Shown in pieces: positions 37,681 to 47,230 of a stretch of DNA of 64,000 nt. The notes under the pieces were generated by a model. It was not told the DNA's origin and ran no database searches. It worked only from the letters and a program-made list of their open reading frames with translations. Position numbers and translations under genes: made by a program. Location: the IMG/VR virus record IMGVR_UViG_3300036713_000599; one strand, 5' to 3'. The DNA is from a virus (lineage: Duplodnaviria; Caudoviricetes). Each line of letters begins with the position of its first letter. Within the stretch, counting starts at the first letter, position 1.

Positions 37681-38361
37681 ATGGCTACCAGGACTCGTCA
37701 TTCTTCCCGAAAGGGAAGCCAGAGCACAAAGCTTCAAGGTGTTCTGCGAAAGAAGTCCAACTGTCCAGACCAGAGTTTTTTCTCTGGATGCCGTGCCGAC
37801 GATCTGTACCTCTGTGAAGCCAAGGAGCCAATGGACCGGCAAGCATCATCAGACAAAAAGGGTCCGATGATGACTTCATCCCATGAGGATGGCGGACGAA
37901 GTAAGGGAATGTGGGAGACAGCCCTTTCTGCTCTTCTACTCCAAACACAACTTGGATCTGTTAAACTAGGAACTCTCTTTCTAAGAGAGGGTTTCTTTCA
38001 TGTCTCTGTAAAGAGACATGTTGATCTAAACCTCTTCTCTTTAGGAGAAGAGGTAGTTTGGAAGATCTTTCCGAAGTCTGGAACCCCCAAAATTGATACC
38101 ACTAACCCCATCAACATCAACCTCAACAACACGATCAATATCAAAAATAAAAACAACGATACCAAGAACAAAAACAACGAAAAAAATAGTACGAACGCTA
38201 GTGAGAACGATACGAAAAATACAGATGTGAACAATATGAGAATGAACAACAAAATGAATCAAGATACAGTGAACGAAGTGAACAATCCAACGAACAAGAA
38301 TCTACTGACACATGAAGCTGCTCTTTTGAAAGTTGTGTTGACGAAAAAAGGGCACAAGTGA
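37681..38361 (+). CDS. Asn-rich low-complexity ORF (may be non-coding)
   Basis: ATG 11 nt after GGTGTA; 38100-38300 is strongly A-rich. Confidence 0.35.
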   Translation: MATRTRHSSRKGSQSTKLQGVLRKKSNCPDQSFFSGCRADDLYLCEAKEPMDRQASSDKKGPMMTSSHEDGGRSKGMWETALSALLLQTQLGSVKLGTLFLREGFFHVSVKRHVDLNLFSLGEEVVWKIFPKSGTPKIDTTNPININLNNTINIKNKNNDTKNKNNEKNSTNASENDTKNTDVNNMRMNNKMNQDTVNEVNNPTNKNLLTHEAALLKVVLTKKGHK

Positions 38362-38550
38362 GATGAAGTGTGCCCAAAGGTTACTATTTTCCTCTTGGAG
38401 GAAAAATGACAAACAAGCGAAGGAGTTCTTGACCCTTCCTTGTTTTTCGGGTACAACAAAAAAACTTAGGGTAGGGGAAAGATTCTACCGAACCGTTTCA
38501 AGTCCATGACGTAGTACGAGAAACGGACCCTGAGCGAAAGGTTGTCGTAG

Positions 38551-39486
38551 ATGGCTGTGTACTACGAGTGGGTGGTTCAGTACCAAGGATCTATCCCGTA
38601 TGAGGGAGAATGGCCTCTCGGTGTTCCCTCGAACTTCGAGGAACTTCATAGAGAATACGGTGGCTTTGTTGCCTCAAGGGTTAGGAGATACAACAAGGTA
38701 GAAAGGAACTTCGAAGACCTTCTTCAGGAGGTGTGGGCACATCTGATACATGTTGACCTCTTGGAAAAATTCAAAAAGTCTGGAATGGGGAAGCTTCCGT
38801 TAACGATGACTGCAAACGAAGCCTGCAGCTTTCTGGGTATAACGTTCCCTCAGTGGGTCAGAGTCTTAGAAAATAACGACTTCGTGAGCCACCTCGATGG
38901 GTCACGTTTCAGTGAGGAAGCTGTTTTCCTCACTGAAGACGTAGTGAACCTGGATAACTGCTTTTCTCCAGAATGGGGTGGGAACCAAAGCCCTTGGGTG
39001 AACAGAGGAAAGAGGACCCGTCCTCGTATGACAGCAAAAGGCTTCAAGGCGTATTTAGAGAGAGCGGTTTCGAATGCCTTCAAGAACTTCTGTCGGACAA
39101 AGGATCGCAGGCACAAGGATCATCCGATTTCTCCTTCATCGCATCTTGCCCCGACATCTGCGGGCGAGTATCGCCGCTCGGTTAACTTAGAGAATCAGTC
39201 TTCTTGGGAGGATGGTATTGCTGCCGCTATGACCCTCGACCAAGAAGACGCTATTGATCTGGCTCGCCAAATTCGTAAGGCCAGTATTGACCCTGAGTCC
39301 AACGACGGTGCAGAAATCCTCGACCTTCTTTTGCACCAAGGGCGTTCGCGCCATGACGGCCCTCAACGGAACATCGACACCATAATTCTCTTGGGACAAG
39401 GATACAGCCTCTCAGACGCTGTGAAGAAGGCTCGTGCTAGGTCCAGGGACCGTGTTAAGCGGCAGCAACAGGCCGTACTAGGATGA
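38551..39486 (+). CDS. sigma-70/ECF-like factor 1 with HTH-like insertion
   Basis: FEELHREYGGFV, FEDLLQEVW (region 2.2), FKAYLERAVSNAFKNFCR (region 2.3); insert MTANEACSFLGIT; class I motif 38488-38516. Confidence 0.6.
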   Translation: MAVYYEWVVQYQGSIPYEGEWPLGVPSNFEELHREYGGFVASRVRRYNKVERNFEDLLQEVWAHLIHVDLLEKFKKSGMGKLPLTMTANEACSFLGITFPQWVRVLENNDFVSHLDGSRFSEEAVFLTEDVVNLDNCFSPEWGGNQSPWVNRGKRTRPRMTAKGFKAYLERAVSNAFKNFCRTKDRRHKDHPISPSSHLAPTSAGEYRRSVNLENQSSWEDGIAAAMTLDQEDAIDLARQIRKASIDPESNDGAEILDLLLHQGRSRHDGPQRNIDTIILLGQGYSLSDAVKKARARSRDRVKRQQQAVLG

Positions 39487-39526
39487 TACTCCTTCTATGG
39501 TCTCCTAGGGCTTAGGAGACACCTTC

Positions 39527-40372
39527 ATGCAGAAGCTAGCGACCACCCAAATCAAATTGGCTCACAAGGCTAACATCACGGCCCGTAAGATTTACGCATC
39601 CTTGCCTTTTGGTTACCGGTTCGGTGCGATGATGGAGATCTTCTCTGATTCGTATGCAGGGATGAAGGATATGCTGGCCCGTGTCCTTTATGCGGAATTT
39701 CTGAAGGCTGGTGTTCCAGGGATGGTGGTAGGTGGGGTACCTGGAGAGGAGCTTCGGGACAAGGCGATCGAAATGGGTCGGAACGCTTACCGCCTTATCC
39801 CAAAAGGATACGGTAGTCAATTTGCTCGGAAACTTCTTGGGATGGTTCGGAACAAACTTGCGACCGAGGACTTGACCCAGGAGTTTTTGGGCGAGTTGAT
39901 GCTGATGGTCACCGAAGGCAAGCTTAAGATCAACGGTAGTAGTGCCAAGAGTCTGAAGGGGGCCGAATCTTTCACTCTGACGTTTGTTTCCCGTCGCGTC
40001 ATCGATTTTCTTCGGAGCCGGGGTCCAAGAAACCAGGAAGTTTCCATCAGTCCTGGTGGATCGGACGAAGAGGCCCCTAGATTCGAGATTGAAGATCCTC
40101 GAAGTGTGTCGAATATTCTCAACCGAATAACTCCTGGCGAGGAGAAGAGGTTGATTGCCGACTTAGGCAAGATTGACCGACGAAATCCTGAACGTCCTCT
40201 GCAGTATGTTCAGTTCAAGATGGAAGGTATGACCAACCAGCAGATTGCGGACGAGTGGTGGCCCCACCAGCAGGTCAACAAGGGCTCGATGTCTGATTGG
40301 GTGAAGAGACATCTTCCGGACATAAAGGCCGTCTTCAGTAAATATGTCTGGTCTATGCGTGAGGTGGTGTAA
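39527..40372 (+). CDS. sigma-70/ECF-like factor 2
   Basis: EDLTQEFL, FVSRRVIDFLRS (region 2), FKMEGMTNQQIADE...VNKGSMSDWVKR (region 4 HTH). Confidence 0.65.
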   Translation: MQKLATTQIKLAHKANITARKIYASLPFGYRFGAMMEIFSDSYAGMKDMLARVLYAEFLKAGVPGMVVGGVPGEELRDKAIEMGRNAYRLIPKGYGSQFARKLLGMVRNKLATEDLTQEFLGELMLMVTEGKLKINGSSAKSLKGAESFTLTFVSRRVIDFLRSRGPRNQEVSISPGGSDEEAPRFEIEDPRSVSNILNRITPGEEKRLIADLGKIDRRNPERPLQYVQFKMEGMTNQQIADEWWPHQQVNKGSMSDWVKRHLPDIKAVFSKYVWSMREVV

Positions 40373-40381
40373 GTTCCCTTC

Positions 40382-41947
40382 GTGGAACAACTTAACACCA
40401 TTATCTGTGGCATCACCCTCGAAGTACTAAAAACCCTCCCCGACAATTCTGTCGACGCTGTTGTGACCGACCCCCCTTATGGTCTCGGCCAAAGGAAGAT
40501 TTCGTCGGAACAGCTCGTTGGGTTCCTGCAGGGAGATGGTCTTGACACAGGGGGAGACTTTATGGGGGCTAAATGGGAGATTCCTTCTGTCCTCGTGTGG
40601 AAAGAAGTGTACCGAGTTTTGAAGCCCGGTGGTCACGTTTTGTCGTTTGGGGGAACGCGGACAATAGATCTCATTAGCTTGGGTCTTCGGGCAGCTGGTT
40701 TTGAATTTCGCGATTCGATTTTGAACATGTACGCTTGGTGTTATGGGTCAGGTATGCCAAAATCTGAGAACATTTCCAAGCGGATAGACAAAAGAGCGGG
40801 TGCTAAAAGGGAGGTTGTCGGTAAGAGCCCTTACGCGGCCCGTGCAAATAAGCACCCAAGAGCTATGTCTCCAGGCGACCTTCCCAGGAAGGTTGAAGAC
40901 ACGAGGGAGATCACAGCTCCTGCGACTCCCGAGGCTAAGCTTCACGAGGGTAAGGGTACGGGACTCAAGCCTTCTTTCGAGCCCGTCGTGCTTTTCCGCA
41001 AACCCTGTGAAGGCACCACTACGGACAATGTCTTGAAGTATGGGACAGGTGCTCTCAATATTGATGCGTGTCGAGTTAAGCATTCAAACAAGAAGGATTT
41101 TGAGAACCACAAGTCCCAGGTCGACGCGGTCAGAGCCAAGGGCGGAGTGCGGGACGGATCTTGGAAGAATGCTTCGGACCTTTCTGGGGCTAGTGAGGTG
41201 ACTTCGGCCGGTCGGTGGCCGCCGAACATGACGCTGACGCACCATCTAGATTGTCGGAAGGTTGGGAGTAGGAAGGTGGACGCTCCCGTCATTAATCGGT
41301 TTGATGACGGAGCCAAGCCTTTTGGTGGTGGGGCCGGCCACCAGTACACCTCGACGCAGACGGGTGATGCCGACGGGAAAGAAGACATCATTGTCTGGGA
41401 TTGCGTTGAGGGGTGCCCAGTCAGAGAACTGGATGAACAAAGTGGTGTACTGACTTCTGGTACAGGCGCTGTGAAGAAGGCTTCTGCGAGAGGGGGGAAA
41501 CGTCAAGGGGTTGTTTATGGGAAAGAGACTCGACCAGAAAACACGCCGAATATTGAGTATGTGGGTTCTGGTGGAGCTTCTCGCTTCTACGGCCAGTTCC
41601 AGGACTCCGGGGCACCCTTCCGGTACGTCACCAAACCTTCGGCCAAAGAGTACACCCTCAACGGGCAGATCGAGAATACGCATCCGACCAAAAAACCAAT
41701 AGATTTAATGCGTTGGCTCGTTAGGCTCGTATGTACCAAGGGAGGCACGGTTCTTGATCCTTATTGCGGGTCAGGGTCAACTCTTCACGCAGCCTGCGAG
41801 GAGGGCATGAACTACATCGGTATCGACAAGAACGAGACTGCTTGCAAGATTTCTCGTGATCGGATGAACATTGTCTCAGGTAGGGAGGAGGCACGTCGTG
41901 ACCAAATGGATGTTTTTGACCTTATGATGGGGCTAGACGATGAGTAA
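40382..41947 (+). CDS. beta-class N6-adenine/N4-cytosine DNA methyltransferase
   Basis: VVTDPPYG precedes HPTKKP and VLDPYCGSGST; GTG 10 nt after GGTGTA. Confidence 0.93.
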   Translation: MEQLNTIICGITLEVLKTLPDNSVDAVVTDPPYGLGQRKISSEQLVGFLQGDGLDTGGDFMGAKWEIPSVLVWKEVYRVLKPGGHVLSFGGTRTIDLISLGLRAAGFEFRDSILNMYAWCYGSGMPKSENISKRIDKRAGAKREVVGKSPYAARANKHPRAMSPGDLPRKVEDTREITAPATPEAKLHEGKGTGLKPSFEPVVLFRKPCEGTTTDNVLKYGTGALNIDACRVKHSNKKDFENHKSQVDAVRAKGGVRDGSWKNASDLSGASEVTSAGRWPPNMTLTHHLDCRKVGSRKVDAPVINRFDDGAKPFGGGAGHQYTSTQTGDADGKEDIIVWDCVEGCPVRELDEQSGVLTSGTGAVKKASARGGKRQGVVYGKETRPENTPNIEYVGSGGASRFYGQFQDSGAPFRYVTKPSAKEYTLNGQIENTHPTKKPIDLMRWLVRLVCTKGGTVLDPYCGSGSTLHAACEEGMNYIGIDKNETACKISRDRMNIVSGREEARRDQMDVFDLMMGLDDE

Positions 41948-42560
41948 ATTGGATCTTTCCTCTTTCGCGTACGTACCGATCGACAGTGACGACCCCAACA
42001 AGATCTACAGCAAACCCTTCTCTGTTTTGGATATTGTTGGGAATGTGTGGAACGTTGTGACTAACAGGGAGTGGCTTGTCGCAGTGAAGGGGAAGGCTGT
42101 TTACGGTCGATGGAAAGGCGGAGAGAGTCAACTCAATGCCGTGCTGAAGTTTGTCCAGTCAAACAAGATCAATCCTCGTCGTATAGCTGTCACCAAACTT
42201 CAGGATCTGGTGACAAAGAGTAGGACAGGTGTCTTCAAGTTCCCCCGGGAAGAGAACCAAGAGGGGGATGGTCGAGCTGTTGTTCAGTTAAGTAAGCTCG
42301 CTACCGTCCTTGAGGCATGCACGAAGGAGTACCTTGAGGTGTGGGATGCGTCTACCACGGCCAACTATTTGCCCTGCGTTGGCCTCTCGGAGCCTGGTCG
42401 ACGAATGTTCCTTATGGGGTGGACGGGAAGTCTTTTGACGGCTGAGGATTTTGACGTGGATGGTGAATCTGAGAAGTCCCAGCCCACTGTCCAGGCGGTT
42501 GAACAACAGGAGTTTCCCGAAGGTATGGACGCGTTCGATATCATGATGAGTCTTGAATGA
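41940..42560 (+). CDS. hypothetical protein
   Basis: 206 aa, overlaps the methyltransferase stop. Confidence 0.7.
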   Translation: MSKLDLSSFAYVPIDSDDPNKIYSKPFSVLDIVGNVWNVVTNREWLVAVKGKAVYGRWKGGESQLNAVLKFVQSNKINPRRIAVTKLQDLVTKSRTGVFKFPREENQEGDGRAVVQLSKLATVLEACTKEYLEVWDASTTANYLPCVGLSEPGRRMFLMGWTGSLLTAEDFDVDGESEKSQPTVQAVEQQEFPEGMDAFDIMMSLE

Positions 42561-42798
42561 GCCAAAGTTTTTTCGCACGCGTTAGCTTTTTGATGGCGTG
42601 TTCTCGTCTGAGGGCCTCTCCAAGGCTCTTTTGAGGTTCCCAGTGTACGAGACACCACGGTCCCTGCCCGCGCGTTCTGCGTGCACCTGAGCCGTTGTTG
42701 TGGGCTTTTAGTCTTCGGTCGATGTCGTTGGTTATGCCGGTATACAGGTGGTCGGTTTTTTGACTTCGGAGTATGTAGACTCCCCAGCCGGTTACCAT
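42541..42798 (-). CDS. GIY-YIG nuclease (UPF0213-like)
   Basis: WGVYILRSQKTDHLYTGITNDIDRRLKAHNNG...EALRREHAIK. Confidence 0.9.
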   Translation of the reverse strand: MVTGWGVYILRSQKTDHLYTGITNDIDRRLKAHNNGSGARRTRGQGPWCLVHWEPQKSLGEALRREHAIKKLTRAKKLWLIQDSS

Positions 42799-43421
42799 GT
42801 GAGGTTGCCTTCGTCTTTCCGCATACGGAGTTTGGATAGAATCCAAGGGCCGTGGACGGTGGAACAAAAAAGGCCGCCGGCCCACCTCTTCCGGTCGTAG
42901 TCGGACAAATCTTTCATGGCTCTGTCGCGTCGCATGGCGATGTTGTGTGCTGCCGCCCTGATCATATCGTCTCGGTACCGGCCCCAGTAGGGGGCGTGGG
43001 CCATAACCCAGACAGAATAGTCAACTTGCCCTTCTTCGTAGAATGGATCTCCCTCAGGAAAATCGTTTAGGTTCGCGTGAAGCAGCTCATGGCAGACTTT
43101 TTCGAGAGTCGTCCCTGGCCTGCCCTCAACATAGTCTTTACATAGCCGGATCTGGCCGTTGGATGGCTGGAAACTTGCGTTGGCTCCTGCCGCGTGAAAA
43201 GGGTCTTCGATGGGTAGGATGTTAGGAGAAGGTTCTTTCTGGAACGGTCCCAGGCACTCGTGTATGAAAACATAGCACTTGTAGGCAGACCTTTCGATAA
43301 AACGATCCCAGTTGTTTCCACAGATCTTGCTTTCGAAGAGTGTGGTGAGAGCGGCTGTCCGGGACTTAAGTAGCCGTCTAGAGGTGCTGTTGAGTTGTTC
43401 TTGGACTTCTTTGGGCAGCAT
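42792..43421 (-). CDS. putative zinc metallopeptidase
   Basis: KVCHELLHANL (HExxH) and downstream EEG. Confidence 0.55.
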   Translation of the reverse strand: MLPKEVQEQLNSTSRRLLKSRTAALTTLFESKICGNNWDRFIERSAYKCYVFIHECLGPFQKEPSPNILPIEDPFHAAGANASFQPSNGQIRLCKDYVEGRPGTTLEKVCHELLHANLNDFPEGDPFYEEGQVDYSVWVMAHAPYWGRYRDDMIRAAAHNIAMRRDRAMKDLSDYDRKRWAGGLFCSTVHGPWILSKLRMRKDEGNLTW

Positions 43422-43477
43422 ATCAACTCACATGGGGTACAAGAACTTCTTGTGCCCATCTTTCTATAGGAGATATC

Positions 43478-43720
43478 ATGTACAACTACGATCGTACTGC
43501 CAGTTCAGACGAACAGAAAGCTTCTGACCTTGTCAAGTTGGTTCGAGAGGCCGAGCAGCATCGCCGCAAGGCAGAAATGTCGCTAATAAAGGCCAAACTA
43601 GTGGTCAAGTCCTTGGACCCTGTGTTAGTCAAGGAATACAATAAGACGGTAGATCATCTCTCCAAGGCATCCAAAATGATCGACGATCTGTATCGGAAGG
43701 CGGTGGAGATTAGAGGCTAG
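43478..43720 (+). CDS. helical hypothetical protein
   Basis: AGGAG RBS. Confidence 0.65.
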   Translation: MYNYDRTASSDEQKASDLVKLVREAEQHRRKAEMSLIKAKLVVKSLDPVLVKEYNKTVDHLSKASKMIDDLYRKAVEIRG

Positions 43721-43762
43721 TGGTCTTTAATTTCCGCGATTCCGACTTTGTAGGAGTTTCCT

Positions 43763-44797
43763 ATGCCTAATGAAATGCCAGGGTCTGCCCGTTACGTCCG
43801 CACTAACCTTGCGACTCCTACAACAGGGGTCGGACTTACACCTACCTGGAGAGGACAGGCGATGCTTCCGAACACGTCGGTCCCTCTCTTACCGGGGGCA
43901 AGTTTTGATGCACGAGGTAGAGGTGCTTTCCCTTTGATGGTGCCGGGCAGGTTTCCCCGCGGTCCTCGTATTTCTGGGCAGCGTGGGACCTTTGATTTGT
44001 GGATCCGAACAGGAGCAGACGCCACGGCTCGCACTGTGGCTTATCTTACTGACGATCTTGCTCGGCTTTCGAATTTTATTGCGTTTAAGATCGATACGTC
44101 TAACCGGCCCCTCGTGGAGTTTCAGCAGGAGACAACTCCCCTCTCAGCTGCTACCGGGACTCTCATAGCAGTAGGTGCTCTTACCAACACGGAGACTGTT
44201 GTCGTTGACGGTAAAACCTACACGATCCAGAGCAGTCTTACTGATTCGGACGGGAATGTTTTACAAGGTGCCACAGTAAGCGATACTTTGAACAATCTTG
44301 TGGCGGCTATCACGCTCGGGCCAGGGAAGGGGACTCTGTACGCGGTTTCGACTACTCTACATCCAACTGTACTGGCGGCTCGTGGAGCAGGGGACACCAT
44401 GGTTGTGACTGCGAAGACTCTGGGTACTTCTGGTAACTCGATTACAACTACAGAGACGACTGTGAACGCGAGTTGGGGAGGAGCGACGCTCTCAGGTGGA
44501 GCTGGTACGACGACTACGCAGGCAGCAGTGACGCCAGGTGTCGGTTATCCTGTGGTAGGTGAGAACGTTCTCGTACATACCCAGATGAAGTGGGATACGT
44601 CGAATTTCGTGGATGGTGTGAGACACGTGTCTTTGGTGACAAACGAGGCACGTGTTCCTGATATTGACTGGTCAACAGATCCTACGTCTGCTTGGGCTCA
44701 CTTCGTCCCGACTCACCTGGTACTTGCGGGGCCAGCTCTAGGAGACGCTGAATTTAACGGTAGTGTGGTGGCAGCACAGCTTTCTGAGTCCCTCTAG
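43763..44797 (+). CDS. probable virion structural protein
   Basis: Thr/Gly/Ala-rich segment TVVVDGKTYT...TLNNLVAAI...VTAKTLGTSGNSITTT typical of tail/structural proteins. Confidence 0.55.
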   Translation: MPNEMPGSARYVRTNLATPTTGVGLTPTWRGQAMLPNTSVPLLPGASFDARGRGAFPLMVPGRFPRGPRISGQRGTFDLWIRTGADATARTVAYLTDDLARLSNFIAFKIDTSNRPLVEFQQETTPLSAATGTLIAVGALTNTETVVVDGKTYTIQSSLTDSDGNVLQGATVSDTLNNLVAAITLGPGKGTLYAVSTTLHPTVLAARGAGDTMVVTAKTLGTSGNSITTTETTVNASWGGATLSGGAGTTTTQAAVTPGVGYPVVGENVLVHTQMKWDTSNFVDGVRHVSLVTNEARVPDIDWSTDPTSAWAHFVPTHLVLAGPALGDAEFNGSVVAAQLSESL

Positions 44798-44834
44798 GCA
44801 GCACTGAATCCTCTTATTGATCGTGGTACGTACT

Positions 44835-44945
44835 ATGGCTGAAGAAAAAACCTGCAAGATCTGTAAACGTACTCGCCCAGTCACTGAGTTCGAGACCCGA
44901 AGAGGTCAACGCAAAAGCGTGTGTGTGAAATGCACACCTCCTAAA
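44835..44945 (+). CDS. 36-aa CxxC..CxxC zinc-finger peptide (not in ORF track)
   Basis: MAEEKTCKICKRTRPVTEFETRRGQRKSVCVKCTPP*. Confidence 0.5.
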
Positions 44946-45042
44946 GGTAAGCCTTAGTCCTTGCTGCCAAGGGCTCGTCATTACCTTTTCGTTAACTGGT
45001 CTGGTCAGTGATTAAGTGTCTCAGCGAGATCACTGATTCTAG

Positions 45043-45288
45043 TTAGTGTGTTCTTCTGGCGGCACTGTGGAATATTTTAGCAAGGTCGTCTTCGTTCGGA
45101 TCGTTTTCCGAGTCTTCTCTTAACCTGATGGCGTCAACTGATCGGGCTATTTTACGATCGGTCACTTTGTGGCTAAGGTTGAACGCTTTAGCTACAGCGT
45201 ATGAGAAGTCGCCAAAGTCTTTTATGAATTCTCGGCACCATGGGTAGGGCTTACCTGTGGCCTTGCTCAACTTGCTCGCTCTGTTCAC
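45043..45288 (-). CDS. hypothetical protein
   Basis: GTG 10 nt after GGTGTA (45299-45304). Confidence 0.55.
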   Translation of the reverse strand: MNRASKLSKATGKPYPWCREFIKDFGDFSYAVAKAFNLSHKVTDRKIARSVDAIRLREDSENDPNEDDLAKIFHSAARRTH

Positions 45289-45387
45289 ATTCCAAGTATA
45301 CACCGACGTATGGGTGTATACCACCTTCCCTGGAAGCAGTTTCTGGTTTTTAGTGGAGAAGGTTGTTGGTTTAAGTCCAACTAGGTA

Positions 45388-45759
45388 TTAGTCAATTGCC
45401 CCTGGAGTGCTCCCTTTTTCAGGTTCATCTAGCCTGGCAAGAAGCTTCGCGGGAAGATACCTCTTTTCTGTTTTCTGTCCCAATTCTTGTGCCAGTTTTT
45501 GGGCTTCCGTCATTCCTCCAGAGAACCCTAGATCTGCATAGAAAGCTCGAAGATCAGCAACCCTGGCCCAACAGAACCCAGCCTCCATACCTAGTCTTCG
45601 TTCTTCTGGGACGCGGTCGTCAAGCATCTGGGTGTATATCAGGTGTGATGCGTACGGTGCTTCCCCTCTTCTGAGGCTGTCTAGGCAACAAAGCCTAGTG
45701 TATCTTGTGTTTCGGGCGAAGTCTCCGCTGAGGGGCGATTCAATGATGACTCTCTTCAT
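45388..45759 (-). CDS. nucleoside deoxyribosyltransferase-like (DUF4406-like) phage protein
   Basis: VIIESPLSGD, GEAPYASHLIY, LDD, LGFSGGM; ATG 10 nt after GGTGTA. Confidence 0.65.
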   Translation of the reverse strand: MKRVIIESPLSGDFARNTRYTRLCCLDSLRRGEAPYASHLIYTQMLDDRVPEERRLGMEAGFCWARVADLRAFYADLGFSGGMTEAQKLAQELGQKTEKRYLPAKLLARLDEPEKGSTPGAID

Positions 45760-45996
45760 GTGACTTGTGTACACCAAAGGAGGGCGGGGCGGAATCGCCG
45801 GTTTTGTCCTCTGGTGGTTAGAAGAGCCGGCTTCTAACCAGACAACAGTAAGGTGTGTCCTAAGGCTGGTGGGTCGGTCTCTAGAACTGACTACAGGTGT
45901 CCGATCCGATCTCCTGTTTGGAGTCGTGTAGTGGTCAGGTTTCTTTCATTTGCCTACTGTAGTAGGATACTGTGCGAGTCCGAGTCTCGCTGGTTA

Positions 45997-47181
45997 TCAC
46001 GGAATAGCTCCACCGAGCAGCCCTTGTACGGCGGTCGCTAGTCGATCGATAGCGTCGTTGAGGTCAGTGGGGACAGGAGGGTTCCAGTTTGCTGGGGCTG
46101 TTGTCGTGTAGCCTGCTGTGTTGATGTAGGCCGCACCTGTCCCCGCTGTGGTGCCAGTGATGACATTGGCGTCGAGCCTCAGGGTCCCAGAAGCCCCTAC
46201 ATTGTATGCCTGGGTGCTGTCGAGATAGAGAGTTTTAAGGGAGACCTCTCCACCATTGCACACAATGCCAGCACCTGACCCAGCTCCGATTTCGAGTATG
46301 TGTGCGACATACCCGATGGTTGTCCCGCTGCCGATTCTTGCGATACCTATTCCAGTGCCGGTGATATAAATGTCTTCGGCCATGATATGAGTGTGGCCGT
46401 TCGCGACACTTGCGTCCCCTATAGCGTTACCGTTTTCTACGAAGGTCGAACGAACTTCGTAGATCAGAACACCCCCGGTAGCCAGGTTTGCACAACCTGT
46501 TGAACCCCCTGTGGCGTATACGGCCTGGGCCTCCACTCTCGTTGTCCCTGTCTGCCCAGAGGGCTTCAGGATTCCGTAGGGATTACCGGACGCTTCGACT
46601 GTGCCAATGTCTGTGTAGGTATCATCGGCAACGGTCAGGGTTCCTTGTAGGGTGATGTTGGGGGCGTACAGGTGCACCCAATCACTGAGAGTAATGTCTT
46701 CCGCGTACACGCCAGCATCTAGGCACGTAATCGAGAATTGGTTGGTTGAGCTTGGTGTTGCTGCTACAGCGGCGTCTTTGGCAGATGTTAGGGTGAGCTT
46801 CGCCGTGTCATAGCTCAATCCTGTGTTCGCGTCATTTCCATGTTTACCAACCCAGTACCGTTGGACGCTTGCGGGGAGCGAGCCTCCAGCAGAAGGTAGG
46901 AGAAGCCATCTCCCCTCTCCGGATTTGGTTGCGACGACCGTTGAGCCGTTTGGGGTTGCTGTTGAGGACCTGTCAACGTAGAAAGTCTGGTTTCCTTGTT
47001 TGACTGGTTTTCTAGCATTGTCCAGAAGACTATAATCGTCAACCTCTTCGAGGTCAGGAGGTGTATCTACCGGCTCAATCTGAGCTTCAAGTATATTGAA
47101 AGGGGCGTCCATCCGTCGAGTCAGGTCGGCGGGAACGAACGCTTCTCGGAGAACACGGCTTTTGGGATAGAGGTTCGGCAT
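45997..47181 (-). CDS. probable tail fibre/spike-like beta-helix protein
   Basis: TATPNGSTVVATKSGEGRWLL and YWVGKHGNDANTGLSYDTAKLT, followed by Gly-rich beta repeats. Confidence 0.55.
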   Translation of the reverse strand: MPNLYPKSRVLREAFVPADLTRRMDAPFNILEAQIEPVDTPPDLEEVDDYSLLDNARKPVKQGNQTFYVDRSSTATPNGSTVVATKSGEGRWLLLPSAGGSLPASVQRYWVGKHGNDANTGLSYDTAKLTLTSAKDAAVAATPSSTNQFSITCLDAGVYAEDITLSDWVHLYAPNITLQGTLTVADDTYTDIGTVEASGNPYGILKPSGQTGTTRVEAQAVYATGGSTGCANLATGGVLIYEVRSTFVENGNAIGDASVANGHTHIMAEDIYITGTGIGIARIGSGTTIGYVAHILEIGAGSGAGIVCNGGEVSLKTLYLDSTQAYNVGASGTLRLDANVITGTTAGTGAAYINTAGYTTTAPANWNPPVPTDLNDAIDRLATAVQGLLGGAIP

Positions 47182-47230
47182 GTCTCTTTTGCGAGGTCAC
47201 AAGAGGATTCTGGCGCAGGCGGCTAGACAA

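Noticed and set aside
37998-38262. Hydrophobic minus-strand ORFs 37998-38252 and 38041-38262 as membrane proteins
   Set aside because: Their Leu/Phe/Val richness is the mirror of the A/AAC-rich plus-strand tract; no RBS or promoter motif supports them.
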